NCBI GenBank assembly: GCA_951406725.2
Contig: OX597818.1
Coordinates: forward strand, 23,250,001-23,314,000
Length of the DNA stretch: 64,000 bases
Source: Octopus vulgaris
Taxonomy: Eukaryota
Direction of reading: 5' to 3'
The notes beneath the pieces were generated by a model. That model made no database searches. It was not told the DNA's origin and was given only the letters and a program-made list of their open reading frames with translations. Within the stretch, counting starts at the first letter, position 1, and every line of letters begins with the position of its first letter. The translations under genes were made by a program, and so were the position numbers. Below are positions 54,699-64,000 of this stretch, one piece after another.

Positions 54699-55561
54699 CA
54701 GCGTGTCCCCAAATCCACTGAAGGGTTTCAATTTTTAATTAAACTTCCTTAATTTTGCAAATAAATGCATGAAATCTTGATACAATATAAAGGACATAAT
54801 GGAAATTAATAAGCACATGTCAAATTTTGCAACACCACTACATCACATATAAAAAATGACATCGCTTAAATGGCAGCCATTTTCGGATTCGCACGCCCGT
54901 GCTCTTTCCAAAACTTGCACCCTCAAAAGTTTCAGACCCCACTTCTCTGATTTCTCTATTGATGTTCTCCTGAAATTGCACTAGGTTCTCCGGTTTATTG
55001 ACGTAAGCCCTCTCTTTCAGGTATAACCACAAGAAAAAATCCGGGCTGGGCAAGTCTGGGGAACGTGAAGGCCAGTAGACATTGCCGTAGCGGGAGAATA
55101 TTCTCTCTCTAAAGCACTGCCGTAGCAACTGCATTGTTTCTCTTGTGGTATGAGCAGTTGCTCCATCTTGCCAGAACCATGTGTGAGGTCTACTTTGAAT
55201 GGCTGGGCGAAAAAAGGTCTCAACCATGGATACCTGAAAGAGAGAGTTTATGTCAACAAACCAGAGACCCTGGTGTAACTGAAGGAGAACATTAATAGAG
55301 AAATCAGAGAAATGGGGTCTGAAACTCTTGAGAATGTTATGGTGCAAGGTTTGGAAAGAGCACGGGCGAGCGAAGCCGAAAACGGCTGCCATTTAAGTGA
55401 TGTCATTTTTCATATGTGATGTAGTGGTGTGGCAAAATTTGACTTGTGCATATTAATTTCCATTATGTCCTTTATATTGTTTCAAAATTTCGTGCATTAA
55501 TTTGTAAAATTAAGGAAGTTATTAAAAACTGAAACCCATCAGTAACTTTTGGAACACCCTG
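54699..55561. mobile_element. Fold-back Tc1/mariner derivative built from two 3' ends
   Basis: ~330-bp inverted arms, TA at both ends; WFWQDGATAHT...WPSRSPDLPSPDFFLWLYLKERAY on the minus strand. Confidence 0.9.
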
Positions 55562-56347
55562 TACATATATACATACGAGACCTCTCATCGATTTTAACGT
55601 TGAGAATTCAAGTTGTTCCATCAACTGAATTACGTATTCATAGTGGTATCGTATAAGCTGTTAAGAATTTCTGTGACGAAAAACTATACGATTAAGAATT
55701 CATTAAATTTTACAGAAATATTAGTATCAGGTGTCTATGATTTCATTTACTAATCATCTGTGACTAATCGTATTTTCAACATTTTTCATCTGTTTAACGT
55801 CTGAAGCAGAAACGCCTATGATTTTCACTTCCCTGTTGAATGTGGCCATCAGAATATTGACTTTTTTGCTTTTAGAATTAATTTAGATACGACAAACCAA
55901 ACGGAAATCCAAGGTTAGAATTATCATAAAACGTTCTCGGTCACGGTCATTGAAGAAGTGTGTACTCGTTGAACATAACAGTCGTGTATGGTTTTAGAGT
56001 GAATTATTATTAAGTCATCTGTTAATGAGTAAGTTTAAATGCTTACATGAAGTGAACCGCTTACGACAATCAGTTACAAAGGACGAAGTCAACAAACAAA
56101 TCATCTGTACTGTTAACTATGTGATTTTATGAATATGTGGGATTCTGACATTGCAGTTGTGTAAAGAATTGTGTGGTTAGATGCGGGGTATCAAAACTAA
56201 CGAGCCGTATTGATTATATTAGGTTGTTGCATTAGCAAATTATAGTTTGCAGATATGGTATATAACTCATAAGAACACTACTGATTACGTGTATTGAGAG
56301 AGAGTCAGCCTAGTGGAACCCACTTTTCTTTCTGTCTCTCCTTCCCA

Positions 56348-56431
<84 letters not shown>

Positions 56432-56482
56432 AGTTTATCTATCTGTCTGTCTGTCTATCAAACTTTACACAGACACAAACAC

Positions 56483-56519
<37 letters not shown>

Positions 56520-56520
<1 letters not shown>

Positions 56521-56521
56521 A

Positions 56522-56599
<78 letters not shown>

Positions 56600-57110
56600 T
56601 GTGTACAGTGCTCAGGTGCACTACAACTCATCTAAAGTGTATATATAATCAGGTGTAGTTTCGGCGGATTTCGGAAAGCATGAGGGCCTTAAAGGATGCA
56701 GTGACATGGCAGTCAACAACTGACGCAGGCAGTTTATTCCATGCTTCAGCAACTCTGAGCGTGAAAAAATGTTTCCGAAAGTCATGGGAGCTGTGTTGTT
56801 TTCTGACTTTGTAGGCATGTCCACGTGTGTTAGACACATGGAGATCAAAAAGGTGTTCAGTGTTGTTGTTGGTGAGGTGGTTGATAACTTTGTGGGTGTT
56901 TACCAAGTCCGTCGCCAGACGCCGGAGCTTCAGTGAATCCATGCCCAGGGAAACAAGGCGCTCAGAATATGGTAGGTGTCTGATGTAGGGTATGCGTTTG
57001 GTTGCACGTCTCTGGACAGATTCCAGGAGGTCAATGTTCTGAGCAAGATAGGGGTTCCAAACTGATGATGCGAATTCCAAGTGTGGTCGTACCATAGCTG
57101 TATACAGTTT
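56520..57110 (-). mobile_element. 5'-truncated CR1/L2-like LINE with (TTA)n tail
   Basis: Open 148-aa C-terminal ORF PHLEFASSVWNPY...WNKLP; same family as 32620-33925. Confidence 0.9.
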
Positions 57111-57150
57111 TAAATATATATATATATATATCAGTTTGTAGAAATATCAC

Positions 57151-57345
57151 CTCGCATCTTAGAATGGTCTATATAAGCACAACGCACGTAATCAAATCAG
57201 AGAGCGGCGCACTTCCAAAGCACAAGCAATAAGCCCTTACTTTAGTAAGTTTTTCTTAGCTGAAGTTCGGCCACTAGTAAAGAGAATTCTTGAACTAGGT
57301 TAGACAAGCATTATTCCCGCTTCCCACGCGAAGCTAATCTCTACT
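57151..57345 (-). pseudogene. Cadherin-like exon remnant with stops
   Basis: GSGNNACLT*...KVRAYCLCFGSAPLSDLITCVVLI* resembles DSG.NA.LTY and VRA.D.G.PPLS..TV.I; ends gag|gtgata. Confidence 0.55.
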
Positions 57346-57379
57346 GTTCGCAATTCTAGCACACTACATTATACAACTG

Positions 57380-58290
57380 GCAAATTGTGATGCAACTATG
57401 TGAACATTGTAATTTACTTCGATAAAATAAAATGTTATTTCAACAATGTTCGCAATTGGTTTATTATGGGATAGTGCACAACTAAACTTAATACCAATAC
57501 GGCTGTTTGACTCGTGGTAGGTCAAATTCCCTGATCATGTGAGTAACATTCTAGCGAATTGCGACATTCGGATGAATGCTGAATATTCTCACTACACCAG
57601 CAAAGATCCAGTCTTCTTCAATGCTTAGTATGACAACAGTTTCAAGTAGATGGGACCAGTTACATTACTGTCAAAAAATAATGGCCTAATTAATCCTTTT
57701 GATGATAAGCTGCGCCATACTGTAACTGCTGGTACGTTAGCATGAAGTTCTTCCATAATATGCGGATTCTTAGGCCTCCAGTGAGTACAGTTGTGACAGT
57801 TATTTAAGCTATTTAGTTTAAATGAAGCCGCATCACCCCAAACATCCTTTGTTGAAAAGTGTACATCTTATACACGTTTTGCACTCGCAAAACTCCACTC
57901 TTCGGTGCAAATCATTTTCATTGAGAGCATAGACTCTTCTTGGAACGTAACTTTCCCAATAACAGCGCTTCGAAATGCGATTCCTATTTCGCAACTCGCT
58001 TGTTGCACAGATTTCTTTGGACTCTAACAATACGTTCCTAGCACCTTCTCTTGTGTGACTCGTGGGTATCCGCTGTCACCTGGAACATTTTTTGTGGATA
58101 TTCTGAACAATTCCATCCGTTTCACACTTATCTTTAATTCGAGTGATGGTAAGTCGTGTTGGCAGATCTGTTTGGAACTCCTTCCTAAACTGTCTTTGCA
58201 CTTCGATAACGTTTTGAAATTTTCAATAGCACTCTAAATTAAATTTCCTTCATTTAAAGCTCATCTTAGTTCCTTCATTATTTCTAATGG
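57380..58290 (-). mobile_element. Tc1/mariner (rosa/maT-like) remnant
   Basis: [42 protein letters not shown]. Confidence 0.75.
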
Positions 58291-58334
58291 ATTAAATCTA
58301 AAACGAAAGGAAAATTAAGTTATCAGCTGATAAA

Positions 58335-58774
58335 GCACCGGTCCGTCGCAGGATAACTCATTTTTACCAGCTGAATGGACTGGAGCAGCGTGAAATGAAG
58401 TGTTATGCTTAAAGCTCACAGTGCATCGCCCGGTTCAGCAATCGAAAGTACAATCTTACGATCATGAGTCCAACATCCTAATCACTAAGCCACACACCTC
58501 CTTTGTTTATCCTAAATTAATAATAAATGCGACCTTTTAAAGCCTAGCTAGGCTCATGGGCACGGTTTCCCGGTTTCAATAGCGTATGTGTTCCCCAGCT
58601 GGACGAGACGCCAGTCCATCGCAGCGTTACTCATTTTTGGCAGCTGAGTGGACTGGAGCAACGTGAAATGAAGTGTTTTGCTCAAGAACACAACGCGTCG
58701 CCCGATCCAGGAATCGAAACCACAATCTTAAGATCATGATGCTGACACCCTAACCACTAAGCCACGCGCCTCCA
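58335..58774 (-). mobile_element. Two tandem tRNA-derived SINEs, the second with a V-domain-like motif
   Basis: Heads ...cactaagccac; gcgatggactggcgtctcgtccag on the minus strand. Confidence 0.8.
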
Positions 58775-58799
58775 CTTTGTTTGTCTTAGTGCCTGAATA

Positions 58800-60345
58800 T
58801 TATCTTAGCTAATTGTATTCTATTATCGATTAAGGATGATGGATGATTTCTATCAAGGAGTATATCTTTCAGTTCTTAAAGTTGTATGCCATAGATGTTT
58901 TCGTCGGATACAATTGTGCAAATTCATTTGGTTCGGTTATAAGGGGAATTTACTTTGGTGTCTCGAGGATGGTACAAATTGAAATGTAGATATTTTTGGA
59001 GTCCTATTTGATTGTTGACTTTCTTTATTAGGATATCAAAACATGAGAATTGGTTTTGACTATATTCTATGGTAAATTGTATATTTTTGTTGCTTCCATT
59101 GAGTAATGTTTTGAATTATTTTAGTTTCTCAATGATTTCATTCAACAAAACGAAACAATTGTCGAAGTATCTTTCCCAGTTTTCTTGTATATATTCAAAG
59201 AAAGAGTCCTCACATTTCTGTAGTGATTTTTCGTACATTGTAATTTCTAGACAAACCATTACTAAATTTGCAAAGATGGAGGCTGGTTTCGTCCTCATCG
59301 CGGTCCCAGATTTTTGTCGATAAAAGTTGTCATTAAACATTAAAAATTATCTTCTAGAATGATTTTTAATCCTTCTCTGATTAATTTCTTTTTGTATTGT
59401 GGTAGTTCACCTGTATAATTATCCAACTAAAATTTAATGCCTTCAGTTCTAAAGCTATGAGGGATGTTTGAATAAAGATTCGCTATATCGAAATATACGG
59501 TTAGAGATTTTTCATTGACTGTTTTCGGAAGGTGGTCTAACATATCTATAGTTGTCTCTTATGAATCTTCTAATGCGTTTCAGAAATGGCTCGAGTAACT
59601 AAAAAGTTACTCAGACAGTGAGTTTCACACCCACTGGACTAACTATTGTTGGTCATTAATTTCAAATCATTCGGTGTGGAGACACTAATATATATGTTTG
59701 TGACTATTTTACCCGCTTCACTGATTTCTTTCGCTTTTGTGAAATTTTGGTGTGCTGTAAAAGAGGTTACATTTACATTCAGAGGTGGTAATATAGTCGT
59801 ATTCTTTGTCAGTGAGTTCCTTTCGATATAGGCTTATTAATACTCTCAGTTTTCACATAATTTTTGTTGCTTGTAGTTTTGGGCTTTTTCACTGCATGTA
59901 TTGCCTTCTAAAATAGAAAACACAAAACTTTTGTTGTATTCTGTATCCACCAGAACTGCTTTATATTTCCTTTACTGGCCTCTTTAATTGTTAATTGTTT
60001 ATCACTTTTAGATTTCTTTATGTTTTGCTATTTACTCCTGATGAAGTTTGAGTTGGGCTTTGTAAGTCTGTTTATATTGATAATGTATTTCCTGAAATCA
60101 TCAAGTGTTTGGTTCCTACATTTTGGAGGAGTATAGTTGCTGTTGTTTTTTGCCACCGACCTCTCATCCATATTCTTATCGTATGGGTCATCTGTGAGTT
60201 CTGATTTTCTTCAGAATTATGAAATTTCGTTTTTAATTTCATTGTAATTAGATCTTCAAGTGTTGGTGTAAAATTGTGTCCTTTGGAGAGTAAACCAATT
60301 TCTTGCGCCGTTAATTTCTTCTTTGCTAAATTTATAATTCTTATT
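58800..60345 (-). mobile_element. Penelope-like retroelement RT remnant
   Basis: IINLAKKKLTAQEIGLLSKGHNFTPT; FYRQKSGTAMRTKPASIFANL; WERYFDNCF. Confidence 0.85.
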
Positions 60346-60451
60346 TTTTTTTTACTTCTGTTTGTTTGGTGCCATTGAGTATCTCTGTATATTGTATGCA
60401 AGTATATATTTGTGTACACGTGTTTGTGTGTGCGTGTGCATGAATATATAC

Positions 60452-60530
<79 letters not shown>

Positions 60531-61258
60531 GTAGGAAAGCAAGAAAATCTGGAGGAGAATAGTTCATAGTGATTCGGCATAGGCGGGTACAAATCCAGGA
60601 ATATCATGCAATAATATCGTTGCTGGGATAGAAAGGAGTTCGAGAGGTCCTTTGTATTGATTCGACACACAGCCAAACACGCAGTCGGCCTTACGTTCAC
60701 ACGGACGTCTACAAATTGGTGACCCAGTGCCAGCTTAATGACCAACCGCTCTAATTTCATCTCTTCGCTACATATATGATTGATTGATTGATTCTAGTTT
60801 CAGCTCACGAGCTGTGGCCATGCTGGGGCACCGCCATTGTCTACCTTTATTATCGTCTCTTTTGTCTTCTACAAAATGACTGGTGCAGGGCTCTGTTACG
60901 TATCCTTAGTGAAATTCTCTCTCTCTCTCTGACATATATAACACAAATACGGACGTAGCAGATAACAGCTAACCTTCGGCCGCCTAGGTCATATTGTGTC
61001 CAATACCCTGATAGGTTGGTGATGGCGCAATTTGTCTCTTGCTCTATTACGTGCTCTGCATTTTATCTCACACACATACACCCTTGTTTGTACACATATA
61101 CACATTATGTATGCTTGACAGCCTGTCTATTATTATTGTTTTTATATATGTACTTATGTCGCACACATAGACATACTCATTTATCCATTTTATTGTAAGC
61201 GACCGTGCGGTGTATTAAAGGAGCCATTCATTCGTCACCTCTCCTTTCGCACGGTCGT

Positions 61259-61309
<51 letters not shown>

Positions 61310-61359
61310 TATATAAAAAAAAAAACAAGAGCAAACACAAGAAAAAAACAATAACGCGA

Positions 61360-61600
61360 GGACGTAGTACATGCAAAGTACTTGTAAACGCTCAGAGAAG
61401 AAAAGAAAGGCGGTTTTACGTTTCGAGCAAAGCTCTTTTTCAGAAACAGGAGACAGAGGAAAGTCCAAGAGAAAAGGAAGACAGACGAAAAAGATCGCCA
61501 ACGATTCACTCTCAGAATTTTCATATCATAAACAGAATAAGGGACTACTTCCCTTATGCCCGAGGTAGACCACATGTTGAGTTGGGGCAACACGTTGGGT
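61360..61600 (-). pseudogene. Cadherin-like exon remnant (paralogous to exon at ~53.9 kb)
   Basis: ttttttatcag acceptor; QHVVYLGHKGSSPLFCL*YENSESESLAIFFVCLPFLLDF; shares ctacctcg...aggg...ttc with the 53.9 kb exon; 3' boundary uncertain. Confidence 0.4.
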
Positions 61601-63309
61601 CTGATAAAAAAAAGAACTGAGTGATTTTGAAATTAATGATAACAAATTGATACTCTTTGTCACTGTGTGTGTGATTGTGCGTGTGCGTGTACACGCGCAT
61701 ATGCGTGTAAAAATCGATGGTTTCAAACAGGAAAAATCAGCAAGTGAAGTTATTTTTGCATTAGAAGAAAAACATAAACAACAAATAAAGAGGAAAACAA
61801 TTAGTTTTAGATCTACGTTGGCAAATAGATTTTACTCCAAACAATAAATAATTCATTCAATATTACACAGATATTTTTAGCAGGTATGTATAAGATTTAC
61901 TAATCTTCTGTGACCAATCGGAAAATTTTCATCTGTTTAACCTCGGATTTAGAAACGCCTATGATTTTCTTTTCAGTAATGTCTATGACCATGAATGTGT
62001 TCATAAGGCCATGAAAGAAAATCTATCTGATGTTGAAACTACAGCTTTTCCTTAGTTGTAATGACAAATACGAAATAATGAATATACATATATATATATG
62101 CTTGTATATTTCTACCTCTGTAAGTGCGTACTTGCGTATATATGTTTGTATGTATATATATAATAAGGATTCAAAGAATTGTGCGTCTATCATAGTAAGC
62201 TCCTTTTACGGACCAAGCTATCAGTCCGTAAGACGACTGTAGTATTCATTTAAGTATGCTTCTTACACCCTGAAACTAAATCCATACAAAGAAGGTTGCA
62301 AAAACGGCTGTATCCCTATTAATGTCACGTGGTTAAATAAATATATATTCACCTCTTAAACCTCCTATCTTTAAGCTTTTATTATATAAGTAAAAATTTA
62401 TGAATGTATGAATAAACAAAAAATTAATTAAATTTTGCATTGATTTCGACGTTGTTCTATCAAATGAACTACATACTCATTGTAGTAGTGTGTGAGCAGT
62501 TTAGTATTTCACAGACAAGGCCAAATTATTATAAACTCTTTCAGTTTAACAGAAATATCAGTGTCGGGTGTCTATGATTTCATTTATTAATCACCTGTAA
62601 CTAATTGTAGTATTTCATCATTTTCATCTAACATCCGAAATAGAAACGCCTATCATTTTCACTTCCCTGTTGAATATGGCCATCAGAATATTGACTTTTG
62701 CTTTCATAAGATAAAAATCAATTTAGAGGTGACAAACCAAACGTCAATCCAAGGTTAGAATTATCATAAAACATTCTCGGTCACGGCCATTGAAGAACTG
62801 TACTTATTAAACACAACAGTTGGGTGGTTTAAATTAAATCGTCTGTTAATAGATAAATTTACAGTTTCTATGGACTGAATCGCTCGAAAATTATAGCATA
62901 GCTTATTACGAACAATCACGAATGGCGAGCTGTATTGTACTTTGTACAACGAAACATACATAGTGTTAATTGTGTAATGTTATGAATCACGTAGCGTTGT
63001 GATATTGTACTTGTGTAAAGTGTCTAGTGATATGGTTGATATCGAAACTAATGAACCGTATCAGTGTCATGAAGATGGCACATTACTAAATTATAGATCG
63101 CAAACGTGGTGAATCAGATAGTTTATTAGGTCGTAAAAGCATTTCTGATTATTTCGTATTTCTCCTGTATATCAAGAAAAAGTCAATGTAGTAAAGCCCA
63201 TCTTGTTTCTCTATTCCACTCAAGTACTGGGGAAAATTCTCCTCTCTTTGTTTCTCATTATGTGTCCCTCCTTCCCTCACTCTCTCTTCCCCCTCTCTCA
63301 CACACATAC

Positions 63310-63499
63310 CTGCATACATTTTTGAAAATGCATACTAATTGTGCCCAGTACAATTGTTATTGCTTCACCCATATTCTTCAGGTGTGCGAAAAAGCACGGT
63401 AGAAACATGAGATTATGTTAGATAATTCCAAAGAATGTGAAAATGTTGAAGGACGATAACTGGCGTTTTCAGATATTCAGATGAAGTCTCTTGGATTGT
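63310..63499 (-). pseudogene. Frameshifted cadherin-like exon
   Basis: ataacag| ... cag|gtatgt; pieces in different frames: RLHLNI, ENASYRPSTFSHS, VLFRTPEEY, ITIVLGTIS. Confidence 0.45.
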
Positions 63500-63735
63500 C
63501 TGTTATGCCAATAAAGGACATTTAGAAGGAAAAAAATTAAAGAATATGTTAAATAACCTAAGAAAAAGTGTAAACGTATAAAGTGTTCATAAGTCAGATA
63601 TTTAGAAAAACCTGTTGAGTCCCTCGTAGTGGTCGATGTTCTTATAGAAAGGATTAGTAAAAATGAGATAGAAACAGACATTCACCCGCATACACTTATA
63701 TACATGTATATGCGCATTCATCTTTATATGCTTAC

Positions 63736-63875
63736 CTTACAAAGTTGATTGGATATACAAAATCATCCATTATGTAAAAATGGAGAAGCATGTGAAGGAG
63801 ATAAAATGATAAAATCTAGAATGTTTTGGAAGTTAACCTGATGATTGCAGAATATTCCACTGCGATAAAATACCC
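63736..63875 (-). pseudogene. Cadherin-like exon with in-frame TAG
   Basis: cctacag| ... ag|gtaagc; 140 nt; GYFIAVEYSAIIRLTSKTF*ILSFYLLHMLLHFYIMDDFVYPINFV resembles F.I...SG.I.L...LD.E...Y.L.V.A.D.G.P. Confidence 0.6.
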
Positions 63876-64000
63876 CTGTAGGAACATTTTGAATATATTA
63901 ATGATGTTCAGGCAATTCTCAAGGTCTTTTAGTCTTTATAAAATGTTTGGTTCTTGTTGTGCAAAGCCCGTACTTCCTGATCCGTTGACGTATGACTTCC

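Larger units (their letters stand above)
55590..63210 (+). repeat. Old direct duplication (55590-56320 vs 62440-63210)
   Basis: Shared blocks such as aatccaaggttagaattatcataaaac and ttttcacttccctgttgaat...gccatcagaatattgac. Confidence 0.9.

Noticed and set aside
48481-63875. Rescue of in-frame stops by A-to-I editing (UAG/UGA to Trp) or selenocysteine
   Set aside because: Some stops fall at expected Tyr positions, and frameshifts and exonic TE insertions cannot be repaired by editing; ordinary decay is simpler.

Overview
AT-rich, microsatellite-dense eukaryotic DNA. The dominant tRNA-derived SINE families resemble those I recognise from Octopus, so a coleoid cephalopod origin is inferred. 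No intact protein-coding gene, rRNA, true tRNA or CRISPR array is supported, and most long ORFs in the track are microsatellite artefacts or transposon remnants. The window is packed with decayed mobile DNA: CORE-, Meta- and V-type SINEs; mariner, maT/rosa-like and Tigger/pogo transposons; hAT and Tc2-like MITEs; a Chapaev-type transposase; CR1/L2-like, RTE and R4/Dong LINEs; and Penelope-like elements with hammerhead-ribozyme-like motifs. The main hidden structure lies between the repeats: about 24 short minus-strand segments, many bounded by canonical AG/GT splice sites, that translate by eye into eroded cadherin (EC) repeat motifs. They appear to be one large multi-exon cadherin-repeat gene spanning the whole window. 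It is decayed by stops, frameshifts and exonic MITE/SINE insertions, but has internal exon/intron duplications and one run of exons that still splices into an open frame. The cadherin call rests on manual motif matching and needs HMM confirmation.
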